NCBI GenBank assembly: GCA_039803745.1
Contig: JBDRZD010000021.1
Span: forward strand, 1-28,733
Source: a candidate division WOR-3 bacterium
Lineage (GTDB): Bacteria; Hydrothermota; Hydrothermia; Hydrothermales; Hydrothermaceae
Length of the DNA stretch: 28,733 bases
Direction: 5' to 3'
The stretch's first letter is position 1. Each line of letters opens with the position of its first letter. Below are positions 19,763-28,733 of the stretch, in pieces. A model generated the notes under the pieces. It made no database searches. It was given only the letters and a program-made list of their open reading frames with translations, and was not told the DNA's origin. The position numbers and the translations under genes were made by a program.

Positions 19763-21312
19763 AAGAGAAATATTATTTTACACCAGAGGATATAAAAGAT
19801 ATAAATTATGAAAAGGAGATTTCTAATCCCGGAAAATTTCCCTTTACAAGGGGAATTCATGAAACAATGTATAAAGGAAAACTATGGACAATGAGACAGT
19901 ATGCAGGATATGGAACTGCGAAAGAGACAAATGAAAGGTTTAAGTATTTACTCTCAAAGGGACAAACAGGACTTTCAATTGCTTTTGATTTGCCCACACA
20001 ACTTGGTATGGATTCTGACCATCCTTTTGCAAAGGGTGAGGTTGGGAAAGTGGGAGTAGCAGTAAGCACAATTTTAGATATGGAAGAAATATTTGAGGGG
20101 ATAGAACTTGATAAAGTTTCAACATCTATGACAATAAATGCAACAGCAAATATAATACTTGCAATGTATATACTTGTTGCTAAGAAAAAAGGAGTAAGTG
20201 AAAATCTTTTAAGTGGAACAGTGCAAAATGACCCTTTAAAAGAATTTCTGGCAAGGGGAAATTATATATTTCCACCAAAGGAATCTTTAAGACTTTCAAT
20301 TGATATATGGGAATACTGCATAAAAAATATACCTAAATGGTATTTTGTTTCAATATCCGGATATCATATAAGAGAAAAAGGTGCTACTGCGAGTCAGGAA
20401 ATTGCTTTTACATTTGCTAATGCAATTGAATACATAGAAAATGCATTATCAAGGGGACTTGATATTGATAAAATTGGTGAAAGAATATCCTTTTTCTTTG
20501 GTGTTCATAATAGTTTCTTTGAAGAGATTGCAAAATTCAGAGCAGCGAGAAAGATATGGGCAAGAATAATGAAGGAAAGATTTAAAGCAAAAAATGAAAA
20601 TTCAATGAAAATGAGATTTCATACACAAACATGCGGATCAACCCTCACATATCAAGAACCACATAATAATATAATAAGGGTTACATTACAGGCACTTGCA
20701 GCAATTCTTGGAGGAACCCAAAGTCTTCATACAAACTCTTTTGATGAAGCCATAGGATTGCCATCCCGTGAAGCAGTAAAGATTGCTTTAAGAACACAGC
20801 AAATTATTGCTTATGAGAGCAAAATTCCTGAATATGTGGATCCTCTTGGAGGTTCTTATCTTATAGAAAGGCTAACGAAAGATAAAGAAGAAGAAATAAT
20901 GGAAATTATAAAGGATATTGAAGAAAGAGGTGGAGCACTCAAATGTGTTGAAACAGGTTATATGAAAAAATTGATTGAAGAGAGTGCTTACAAGTACCAA
21001 AGAAATATTGAAGAAAAAAAAGAATATATTGTTGGTGTAAATATTTTTAAAGATGAAGAAGTAAAAATTCCTTCACCTGAAATAAAAATTTCTGAAGAAA
21101 TAGAAGAAAAAAGAAAAGAATTTTTAAAAAAATTCAGAGAAAAAAGAAATAAAGAGGAAGTTAAAAAATATCTGGATATTATAAAAGAGAAAGCACATAA
21201 AGGTGAAAATCTAATGCCTTATATAAAGGAAGGTGTTGAAAAAAATTTGACACTTGGGGAAATATGTGAAGCCCTTAAAGAAGTATTTGGAGAATATAAA
21301 GAAAAGGAGTAA
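19759..21312 (+). CDS. Methylmalonyl-CoA mutase, substrate-binding (large) subunit
   Basis: PFTRG, WTMRQYAG, GLSIAFDLPTQ, QNDPLKEFLARG, SISGYHIRE, QSLHTNSFDEA. No DxHxxG B12-binding domain. Confidence 0.93.
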   Translation: MKEKYYFTPEDIKDINYEKEISNPGKFPFTRGIHETMYKGKLWTMRQYAGYGTAKETNERFKYLLSKGQTGLSIAFDLPTQLGMDSDHPFAKGEVGKVGVAVSTILDMEEIFEGIELDKVSTSMTINATANIILAMYILVAKKKGVSENLLSGTVQNDPLKEFLARGNYIFPPKESLRLSIDIWEYCIKNIPKWYFVSISGYHIREKGATASQEIAFTFANAIEYIENALSRGLDIDKIGERISFFFGVHNSFFEEIAKFRAARKIWARIMKERFKAKNENSMKMRFHTQTCGSTLTYQEPHNNIIRVTLQALAAILGGTQSLHTNSFDEAIGLPSREAVKIALRTQQIIAYESKIPEYVDPLGGSYLIERLTKDKEEEIMEIIKDIEERGGALKCVETGYMKKLIEESAYKYQRNIEEKKEYIVGVNIFKDEEVKIPSPEIKISEEIEEKRKEFLKKFREKRNKEEVKKYLDIIKEKAHKGENLMPYIKEGVEKNLTLGEICEALKEVFGEYKEKE

Positions 21313-21314
21313 AT

Positions 21315-22577
21315 ATGCCATTTTTAATGATAGTAGGACTTGGATGGGGTGATGAAGGAAAAGGTAAAATAATAAGTGCATTAAAAGATGAATTTGACAT
21401 AGTTGCAAGATTTCAGGGTGGATCAAATGCAGGACATACAGTTTATATAGAAAATAAAAAAATAGTTTTTCGCCAAATTCCTTCAGGACTCATCCATAAA
21501 GACAAAACAGGGATTTTAGGTCCTTATGAATTAATAGACCTTGAACTTCTTATAAAAGAAATAGAAGAATTAGAGAATATGGATTTAAAAATAACAGAGA
21601 GAATTTATATTGATGAAAGATGCCCCCTTGTCCTGCCCTATCATAAATTTATTGATGAACTTGAAGAAGAAAAAAGCGGAAAAATAGGAACAACAAAAAG
21701 GGGAATAGGACCTGCTTATTCAGACTTTATTGCAAGAAAAAGTATAAGAATATGTGATTTAAAAGATGAAAGAGATTTAAATGAAAGGTTTAGGGATTCT
21801 TTTGAATGGAATTCAGTTATCTTAGGTGGAAAATATGGACAGGTTCCACCTGATAGAAAAATTATTGTTAAAAATTTAAAAGAAAATTTTGAGAAGATTA
21901 AGGAAAGGGTAATTGATACAATAAAGTTTATCCATGAGAATGAAAAAAACAAAAGAATATTAATTGAAGGAGCACAGGGGACTCTCCTTGATGTGCTTTT
22001 AGGAACATATCCTTATACAACTTCATCATTTACGATTGCAGGTGGAGCCTCAGCAGCTCTTGGAATTCCCCCTTATAAGATAAATAGAATAATAGGGGTT
22101 TTAAAAGCATATGCCACAAGGGTTGGTAAAGGTCCTTTTCCTACAGAATGTAAAGATGAAATGAGTGAGTTTTTAAGAGAAAAAGGAGAGGAATATGGGG
22201 CAGTGACTTCAAGGCCAAGAAGATGTGGATGGTTGGACCTTGTTGCTTCTAAATATGCATGTATGATAAATGGACCAACAGAGATTGCTTTAACAAAAAT
22301 TGATGTTCTTTCGGGTATCAATGAAATAAAAATATGCATTGAATATGAGATTGAAGGAGAAAGAATAAAATTCCCACCCGTAAGCATGTCCGATTGGTTT
22401 AAGATAAAACCTGTGTATAAATTATTTGAAGGCTTTGAGATTAAAAGCGAAGTTAAAAATTATGAAGATCTTCCAAAAAATTTAAAAAAGATAATAGAGT
22501 TTATAGAAGAATATCTTGAAATCCCTATTAAAATAATTTCAATTGGAAAGGAAAAATCGCAGATTATATATAGATGA
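21315..22577 (+). CDS. purA: Adenylosuccinate synthetase
   Basis: WGDEGKGK, GGSNAGHT, IGTTKRGIGPAY, EGAQG, GTYPYTTSS, RPRRCGWLD. Confidence 0.97.
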   Translation: MPFLMIVGLGWGDEGKGKIISALKDEFDIVARFQGGSNAGHTVYIENKKIVFRQIPSGLIHKDKTGILGPYELIDLELLIKEIEELENMDLKITERIYIDERCPLVLPYHKFIDELEEEKSGKIGTTKRGIGPAYSDFIARKSIRICDLKDERDLNERFRDSFEWNSVILGGKYGQVPPDRKIIVKNLKENFEKIKERVIDTIKFIHENEKNKRILIEGAQGTLLDVLLGTYPYTTSSFTIAGGASAALGIPPYKINRIIGVLKAYATRVGKGPFPTECKDEMSEFLREKGEEYGAVTSRPRRCGWLDLVASKYACMINGPTEIALTKIDVLSGINEIKICIEYEIEGERIKFPPVSMSDWFKIKPVYKLFEGFEIKSEVKNYEDLPKNLKKIIEFIEEYLEIPIKIISIGKEKSQIIYR

Positions 22578-23842
22578 ATTTATATCCCCATAAAAAGTTT
22601 TTATTTGCAATAGAAAGATTTAACCTTGTAAAAGAAAATGACAAAATACTTGTTGCAATTTCAGGAGGACCTGATTCAACATCCTGCCTTTTAAATTTAA
22701 AAGCAATTGAAAAGGATAAAAATCTAAAATTATATGCAATCTATATTGACCATGGTTTAAGAGAAGATGTAGAAGAAGATAAAAAATTTGTCAGAGATTT
22801 ATGCGAAAAATTAAATATACCACTCTTTATTGAAAAAATTGAGATAAAAAGAAAAGGAAGCGTTGAGGAAAAAGCAAGGAAAGAAAGGATTAAGATTTTT
22901 GAAAAATACCTTAAAAAATATAATTTTGATAAGATTGCAACAGGACATAATTTAAATGATGTGATTGAGACACTCTTATTTAGAATTTTAAGGGGTGGTT
23001 TTGGAGAAAAAATAATTGGAATAAGCCCCTTAGAAGGGAATTTTATAAGACCATTAATTTTAACAACAAAAGAAGAAAACATATCTTATTTAAAAAAATT
23101 GGGAGTAAATTACAGAATTGATATTACAAATTTTGATTTTAAGATAACAAGAAATTTCATAAGATATAAAATAGTACCTCTTTTCAAAGAAATTTTCCCT
23201 GATTTTGAAAAGGGATTTTTAAAAACTTATATTTCTTTTTATGAACAGAGAGATTTTATAAAAAAACATATTGAAAATATATATAAAGAAAATCTTTATA
23301 TGAAAGGAAAGAACTTCTTTGTTTTAAAAATGCCAGAAATTTCAGATTATGAAGTTTCAGAGCTCTCCAACTATATTTTTCAAAAATTTGAAAAAAATAA
23401 ATCCATAAATTTTTATCAAAAAGAGGAAATTAAAAAAATATATAAAAAAGGAAATGGAAGGGTCAGTTTGTCTAAAGATATTTTTTTAGAAATTTCAATG
23501 GGTTATTTCAGTATTTTTAGAGAAATAAAATTAAAAAGGAAAGAAAAAATTAAAAAAGGTATTTTAAAATGGGAACCGCTTGGCATTAAAATAAAAATAA
23601 ATGAAAATATTGGAGGTTTTTTAAGAAACTGGGAGGAAGGTGATTATATAATTATAAATAGAAAGAAAAAAAAGATGAAAAAAATATTTAATGAATTTAA
23701 AATACCGAGATTTTTAAGGAAAGTTATCCCTGTGATTGCAAAGAATAAAAAGATTTTATGGTCTTATCCTTCTATTTTCTCAGATGAGTTGAAAAAAACA
23801 AAGAATTCTGTTAAAATTATAGAAATTAAAAATGAAACTTAA
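22574..23842 (+). CDS. tilS: tRNA(Ile)-lysidine synthetase
   Basis: PP-loop SGGPDS, DHGLR, ATGHNLND, IRPL, RNFIR. Canonical tilS-hpt-ftsH context. Confidence 0.93.
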   Translation: MNLYPHKKFLFAIERFNLVKENDKILVAISGGPDSTSCLLNLKAIEKDKNLKLYAIYIDHGLREDVEEDKKFVRDLCEKLNIPLFIEKIEIKRKGSVEEKARKERIKIFEKYLKKYNFDKIATGHNLNDVIETLLFRILRGGFGEKIIGISPLEGNFIRPLILTTKEENISYLKKLGVNYRIDITNFDFKITRNFIRYKIVPLFKEIFPDFEKGFLKTYISFYEQRDFIKKHIENIYKENLYMKGKNFFVLKMPEISDYEVSELSNYIFQKFEKNKSINFYQKEEIKKIYKKGNGRVSLSKDIFLEISMGYFSIFREIKLKRKEKIKKGILKWEPLGIKIKINENIGGFLRNWEEGDYIIINRKKKKMKKIFNEFKIPRFLRKVIPVIAKNKKILWSYPSIFSDELKKTKNSVKIIEIKNET

Positions 23843-24362
23843 AATTCTTATAAAAGAAAAGGAGATAAAGAAAAGAGTTAAAGAACTTGCTGAAGAAATA
23901 AAAAGAGATTATAATGGGAAAAACCCAGTAATAATAGGTATTTTAAAAGGTGGGTTTGTATTTTTGTCTGATCTTATAAGAAATTTAAATTTTCCTCACG
24001 AGATTGAATTCTTAAGGGTAGCAAGTTACGGGTCAAAGAGCATTTCAAATGGTAAAATAAAATGGATTATGAAACCAGAAATTTCTTTAAAAGGAAGACA
24101 CGTCTTAATTGTTGAAGATATCATTGATACAGGATTTACTTTGAAAAAAATATATGAAAAAATTAAAAAAGAAAAACCTTCATCCTGTAAAATATGCGTT
24201 TTCCTTGATAAATTTGAAAGGAGAAAAACAAAGGTGCCCCTTGATTATGTGGGCTTCAGGGTCCCAAATTTTTTCCTTGTGGGGTATGGACTTGACTTTG
24301 ATGAAAAATTCCGTTATCTTAAAGATATTAGAATTATAGATTTGGAGGAGAAAAATGGATGA
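23832..24362 (+). CDS. hpt: Hypoxanthine phosphoribosyltransferase
   Basis: [28 protein letters not shown]. Confidence 0.96.
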   Translation: MKLKILIKEKEIKKRVKELAEEIKRDYNGKNPVIIGILKGGFVFLSDLIRNLNFPHEIEFLRVASYGSKSISNGKIKWIMKPEISLKGRHVLIVEDIIDTGFTLKKIYEKIKKEKPSSCKICVFLDKFERRKTKVPLDYVGFRVPNFFLVGYGLDFDEKFRYLKDIRIIDLEEKNG

Positions 24363-26190
24363 AAAGAAAAAAGGTGGAAGAGATTATTTAAAGGGAATTA
24401 TCTTCTGGATTTTAATATTTTTATCTTTTGCCCTTCTTATCGCATATTTTAGTGAGAAGAGAGTTTCTTTTTTAGAAATTTCTTATTCAAAATTTTTAGA
24501 AGAAATAAAAAAAGGCAATATAAAAGAAGTCATCTTCACTGAGAAAGAAATAACAGGAGAGTTTAAAAATCCTGTTACAGTAAAGGATGTTAATTATCAA
24601 AATTTCAGACTTTCTTTTCCTTTCCCAAAGCCCGACCTGCTTGATCTTTTAACACAAAATGGAGTAGAAGTCAAAACAAAGACAAAAAATCCTTTCTGGG
24701 AAGTTTTACTTGGATACGCTCCATGGTTTTTAATTTTTATTGTATTCTGGTTCTTATTTTTAAGACAAATACAGGGAGGAAGTTCAAGAGCCTTTTCTTT
24801 TGGAAAAGTTAGAGCAAAGATATTAACTGAAGATAGACCAAAGGTAACTTTTAATGATGTGGCAGGTTGTGATGAGGCAAAAGAGGAGTTAAAAGAAGTT
24901 ATAGAATTTCTTAAAAATCCACAAAAATTTCAAAAACTTGGAGCAAGAATACCAAAAGGAGTATTACTTTTAGGACCACCAGGAACAGGTAAAACTCTTT
25001 TAGCAAAGGCAGTTGCAGGAGAAGCAAAAGTTCCATTTCTTTCTATCTCGGGATCTGATTTCGTAGAACTTTTTGTTGGTGTTGGTGCAGCAAGGGTAAG
25101 GGATCTTTTTGATCAGGCAAAAAAAATGGCACCTGCAATAGTTTTTATAGATGAAATAGATGCAGTTGGAAGATTAAGAGGAGCAGGACTTGGTGGAGGA
25201 CATGATGAAAGAGAACAAACTTTAAACCAACTTCTTGTTGAAATGGATGGTTTTGATACAAAGGATGGTGTTATAATAATGGCTGCAACAAATAGACCAG
25301 ATATTTTAGATCCTGCACTTTTAAGACCCGGAAGGTTTGATAGACAAATAGTTATTGATAGACCTGATGTAAAAGGTAGAGAAGAAATACTTAAAATCCA
25401 TACAAGGAGAATACCTCTCGGAGAAGATGTTGATTTAAAAAAACTTGCAAGAGGAACACCAGGCTTTGCAGGTGCAGATCTTGCAAATATGGTCAATGAA
25501 GCAGCACTTCTTGCAGCAAGAAAAGGGAAAGATAAAGTTGAGATGGAAGACTTTGAAGAAGCAAAAGATAAAGTTTTAATGGGCTTAGCAAGGAAGAGCC
25601 TTGCTCTTTCACAAGAAGAAAAAAGGTTAATTGCATATCATGAAGCAGGTCATGCTCTTGTTTCAAAATTCGTTCCCCATGCTGACCCAATCCATAAAGT
25701 TACAATAATACCAAGAGGAAGAGCGCTTGGAGTTACTCAACAACTTCCAGAAGATGATAGACATATTTATTCAAAAGAGTATCTTGAGAGTCAATTAGCA
25801 GTTTTACTTGGAGGAAGAGCAGCAGAAAAGATAATATTAAATACAGAAACAACAGGAGCAGCAAGCGATTTAGAAAGGGCAACAGAAATAGCAAGAAAAA
25901 TGGTTTGTGAATGGGGAATGAGTGAGAAAATTGGGTCTGTTACATTTGGTAAAGTAGAAGAAGAGATATTTCTTGGAAGAGAACTTGGAGTGAAAAGGTA
26001 TTATAGTGAGAAAACTGCTGAAATGATTGATGAAGAAATTAAAAATATAATTAAGAGGGCAGAAGAAACAGCAGAAAAAATAATAAAGGAGAAAAAAATT
26101 ATTCTTGAAAAAATAGTGGAAAAGTTACTTGAAAAGGAAATTCTTGAAAGAGAAGAAATTGAAGAAATAATAAAAGCATACTCAAATTGA
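24355..26190 (+). CDS. ftsH: ATP-dependent zinc metalloprotease FtsH
   Basis: Two TM segments, [40 protein letters not shown]. Confidence 0.98.
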   Translation: MDEKKKGGRDYLKGIIFWILIFLSFALLIAYFSEKRVSFLEISYSKFLEEIKKGNIKEVIFTEKEITGEFKNPVTVKDVNYQNFRLSFPFPKPDLLDLLTQNGVEVKTKTKNPFWEVLLGYAPWFLIFIVFWFLFLRQIQGGSSRAFSFGKVRAKILTEDRPKVTFNDVAGCDEAKEELKEVIEFLKNPQKFQKLGARIPKGVLLLGPPGTGKTLLAKAVAGEAKVPFLSISGSDFVELFVGVGAARVRDLFDQAKKMAPAIVFIDEIDAVGRLRGAGLGGGHDEREQTLNQLLVEMDGFDTKDGVIIMAATNRPDILDPALLRPGRFDRQIVIDRPDVKGREEILKIHTRRIPLGEDVDLKKLARGTPGFAGADLANMVNEAALLAARKGKDKVEMEDFEEAKDKVLMGLARKSLALSQEEKRLIAYHEAGHALVSKFVPHADPIHKVTIIPRGRALGVTQQLPEDDRHIYSKEYLESQLAVLLGGRAAEKIILNTETTGAASDLERATEIARKMVCEWGMSEKIGSVTFGKVEEEIFLGRELGVKRYYSEKTAEMIDEEIKNIIKRAEETAEKIIKEKKIILEKIVEKLLEKEILEREEIEEIIKAYSN

Positions 26191-26216
26191 CTTTTTTGAT
26201 GTTATTCCTTTATAAA
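26187..26216 (+). promoter_or_regulatory. Putative promoter for the S8 protease
   Basis: TTGACT (overlapping the ftsH stop)-N18-TATAAA. SD AAGGAGGT at 26231-26238. Confidence 0.4.
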
Positions 26217-26245
26217 TACATTATTATAATAAGGAGGTGAAAGAT

Positions 26246-28733
26246 ATGTGGTATGGTATAATAATAAGTATGGTGATAAATATGGGGGTGGATAAGATAA
26301 TGCCATCCCTGAGGGAAATCATGCAGAATACACCACCTGATGAAAAAATAGAAATAATAGTTCATCTTGCTGAAAAACCTGATTTTGAATCAATAAAAGG
26401 ATTAAAGCCAAAAGAATACGTTGAATTTCTTAAAAACTTTTCTCAAAATTCACAAAAAGATATATTAAATTACCTCAAAAACAATTTCAAGGATAAAATA
26501 TCTGACCTTACCCCTTATTGGATATTCAATGGATTCTATGTAAAGGCAACAAAAGATGTGATAGAAGCAATTGCTCAAAGAGAAGATGTTGAATACATAA
26601 TTGAAAATTTTGAAGTTCCTCTCGCGGATATTGTTCCTTCCGAAAAGAAAGGTTCGGAAATAGAGGCAATAGAATGGAATATATTAAAGGTAAGAGCTGA
26701 TTCATGCTGGATGATAGGTTATACAGGAGAAGGAGTAATAATTGGACATATGGATACAGGTGTTGATGTAAATCATCCTGCACTTGCTGGTAAATGGCTT
26801 TCACCATATTGGTACGATCCTGTTAATAACCAGCCCAATCCCTATGACGACCATGGACATGGAACACATACAATGGGAACAATTTTAGGTGGTGATGGAC
26901 TTGGTCCATTTCAATATGATATAGGTGTTGCTCCTGGTGCAAAATTTGTAACATGTAAAATATGCAATGCAAGTGGTTCTTGTCCAACCGCAGCAATTCA
27001 TGCAGGATTCCAGAAACAGGCTGAATGGAAGGGGCAGGGAGTTAATATTGTCGCCTCTTCAAACTCATGGGGTGGTCCAATGACCTCAACTGAATTCTGG
27101 CAGGATGTTTTAAACTGGAGGAATGTTGGTATTATACCGGTATTTGCAATTGGGAATGAAGGAACAACATCAAATAGAACACCTGGAAACTTTCCAACAA
27201 CAATAGGTGTTGGTGCAACTGATGCTAATGACTATATCGCTTCTTTCTCTTCAAGGGGACCTGCTCCAAACCAACCACCATGGAACGACCCTCAATACTG
27301 GCCAAGACCTGACTGGAATTTAACAAAACCAAATATTTCTGCCCCAGGTGCGAGTGTCAATTCTTCTTTACCCGGTGGTTCCTATGGATCTATGAGTGGA
27401 ACATCAATGGCAACCCCTCATGTTGCAGGTGCAATTGCAATACTTTATCAGAAAAACCCACAATTAACATTTACAGATGTTTATAATTTACTCTTAGATT
27501 ATGCAAGAAGACCATCTCATGGAGCGCCCTATCCAAATAATACATATGGATGGGGAATCTTAAATGTATATCAATCACTCCTTCATACTCCATCACCTGG
27601 TATACCTGAATCACTTGTAGTTTTCACTCCTTTCAATTTTGAAAAAACATTCACAAGAAATCCTCTATTTAAAATGAGAGCCGTTGACCCACAGGGTGAC
27701 GATGTAATTTATCAAATTGTATGGGCTCTTGATACACTATTTACAAACCCTGAAAGTGTAAATACACAACCTTATCCCAGTGGTCAAATTGCAACTTATA
27801 ATTTACCTGTTGCACTCACACATGCTCAGACTTACTGGTTTAAAGTAAGGGTAAAAGATACAACTTCACAAGGCTCATGGTCACAATTTACATCAAGATT
27901 TTCTTTAACAATTGATACAACAATGCTTGGAAATACATGCTCATGGTATCAGACAAAAGGGGCACAGTTTAAATATAATATTTTCAATGGAACGAAAATA
28001 GAAGGAGATAGTGTTGTTTTACAGCCTTATGGATATGTTTTTGATACCCTTCTTTCTCAGAATTTTGAAGGAGGAACAATCCCACCTGGATGGACAGTTA
28101 TAGATGGAAATAACGATGGCTTTAAATGGACAGTTGGAACAACACCTGATTTAGGAACTTATACTCCACCAAACTATGGAACAAGATATGCTTATTATTC
28201 TGATGATGATGCAGGAAGCGGTGTTATAAATTACAATGAGGAATTATGGACACCTGCAATAGGTATTCCATCAACTTCTGCTAATTTAAAATTTAAATAT
28301 GGATATGGATTTCAAGTATTCCAGACTGGTGAAAAATTTAGAACCCATTTCAGGAAAAAAGTTGGTGGTTCATGGACAGCCTGGACACAATTAAAGGTTT
28401 ATACGACAAGTGCAGCAGGAACAGATTCCTTTGATTTATCAAACCAGCTTCCCTGTGATTCAATCCAGTTCAGATTCTTCTACAGTGATTCAACAGCCTC
28501 TTCACACTGGGGATGGGCATGTGCTGCTGATAATGTATTCTTAATTTATTCTTATACATATCAGAATAATGAAGGAACAATGACAACAGCCCCTTGCATT
28601 TATAACAATCTATCAATTACTTATCCAAGAACAAACTGGGGATATATACACTGGGAAAAAAGCACGCCATTGGATTCAGTAGGTGTTCAGGTTGAATACT
28701 TTAACGGAAGTTCATGGCAACTTGTCCCTGATA
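26246..28733 (+). CDS. Secreted multidomain S8 (subtilisin/bacillopeptidase F-like) serine protease, 3' truncated by window edge
   Basis: Translated by hand, absent from the ORF track. Open for 829 codons from ATG 26246. Propeptide (YWIFNGF), triad DTG (26753), HGTH (26858), GTSMATPH (Ser 27404), then Fn3-like (YWFKVRVKD...SWS) and cleaved-adhesin-like (NFEGGTIPPGWTVIDGNNDGFKW) domains. Confidence 0.93.
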   Translation, partial: MWYGIIISMVINMGVDKIMPSLREIMQNTPPDEKIEIIVHLAEKPDFESIKGLKPKEYVEFLKNFSQNSQKDILNYLKNNFKDKISDLTPYWIFNGFYVKATKDVIEAIAQREDVEYIIENFEVPLADIVPSEKKGSEIEAIEWNILKVRADSCWMIGYTGEGVIIGHMDTGVDVNHPALAGKWLSPYWYDPVNNQPNPYDDHGHGTHTMGTILGGDGLGPFQYDIGVAPGAKFVTCKICNASGSCPTAAIHAGFQKQAEWKGQGVNIVASSNSWGGPMTSTEFWQDVLNWRNVGIIPVFAIGNEGTTSNRTPGNFPTTIGVGATDANDYIASFSSRGPAPNQPPWNDPQYWPRPDWNLTKPNISAPGASVNSSLPGGSYGSMSGTSMATPHVAGAIAILYQKNPQLTFTDVYNLLLDYARRPSHGAPYPNNTYGWGILNVYQSLLHTPSPGIPESLVVFTPFNFEKTFTRNPLFKMRAVDPQGDDVIYQIVWALDTLFTNPESVNTQPYPSGQIATYNLPVALTHAQTYWFKVRVKDTTSQGSWSQFTSRFSLTIDTTMLGNTCSWYQTKGAQFKYNIFNGTKIEGDSVVLQPYGYVFDTLLSQNFEGGTIPPGWTVIDGNNDGFKWTVGTTPDLGTYTPPNYGTRYAYYSDDDAGSGVINYNEELWTPAIGIPSTSANLKFKYGYGFQVFQTGEKFRTHFRKKVGGSWTAWTQLKVYTTSAAGTDSFDLSNQLPCDSIQFRFFYSDSTASSHWGWACAADNVFLIYSYTYQNNEGTMTTAPCIYNNLSITYPRTNWGYIHWEKSTPLDSVGVQVEYFNGSSWQLVPD

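Noticed and set aside
19759..21312. Mutase as a truncated pseudogene
   Set aside because: Split mutases with a separate B12-binding subunit are common, and the catalytic motifs are intact.
413..26807. Short antisense or alternate-frame ORFs (e.g. 13086-13508, 19378-19860, 25113-25496, 24154-24339, 26526-26807)
   Set aside because: Shadows of well-supported genes, with no recognisable motifs.
1..28733. No TAG stop among the 23 genes with visible stops (possible recoding)
   Set aside because: TAG is rare in AT-rich genomes, the sample is small, and no gene needs in-frame TAG read-through.
1..28733. CRISPR array, IS element, riboswitch or rRNA
   Set aside because: Intergenic gaps are all under ~105 nt apart from the tRNA region, and no repeats or transposase motifs were seen.

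Overview
AT-rich, densely coding bacterial chromosome segment, probably from a thermophilic diderm. A WOR-3/FCB-like lineage is my inference from protein style and is not proven. The window is mostly housekeeping: DUF151 nuclease (partial), orphan ParB-like protein, era, mtnA, tRNA-Lys(CTT), cutA, gap-pgk, uvrB, a stand-alone Lrp/AsnC RAM domain, and a tightly coupled pccB-accC-accB-methylmalonyl-CoA mutase-purA-tilS-hpt-ftsH operon. A large secreted S8 protease (26246 to window end) is missing from the ORF track. I found no mobile element, CRISPR array or rRNA. The best candidates for unexplained biology are: (i) an NPA-motif (FadL/PorV-like) outer-membrane barrel paired with a triple-Ig lipoprotein, both with Ca-binding-like loops; (ii) a substrate-binding protein + dead HATPase + minimal HATPase cassette with no regulator or permease; (iii) enrichment of Bacteroidota-type D-(S/T)-x O-glycosylation sequons in the exported proteins; (iv) several apparently leaderless genes; (v) near-total CTAG avoidance.
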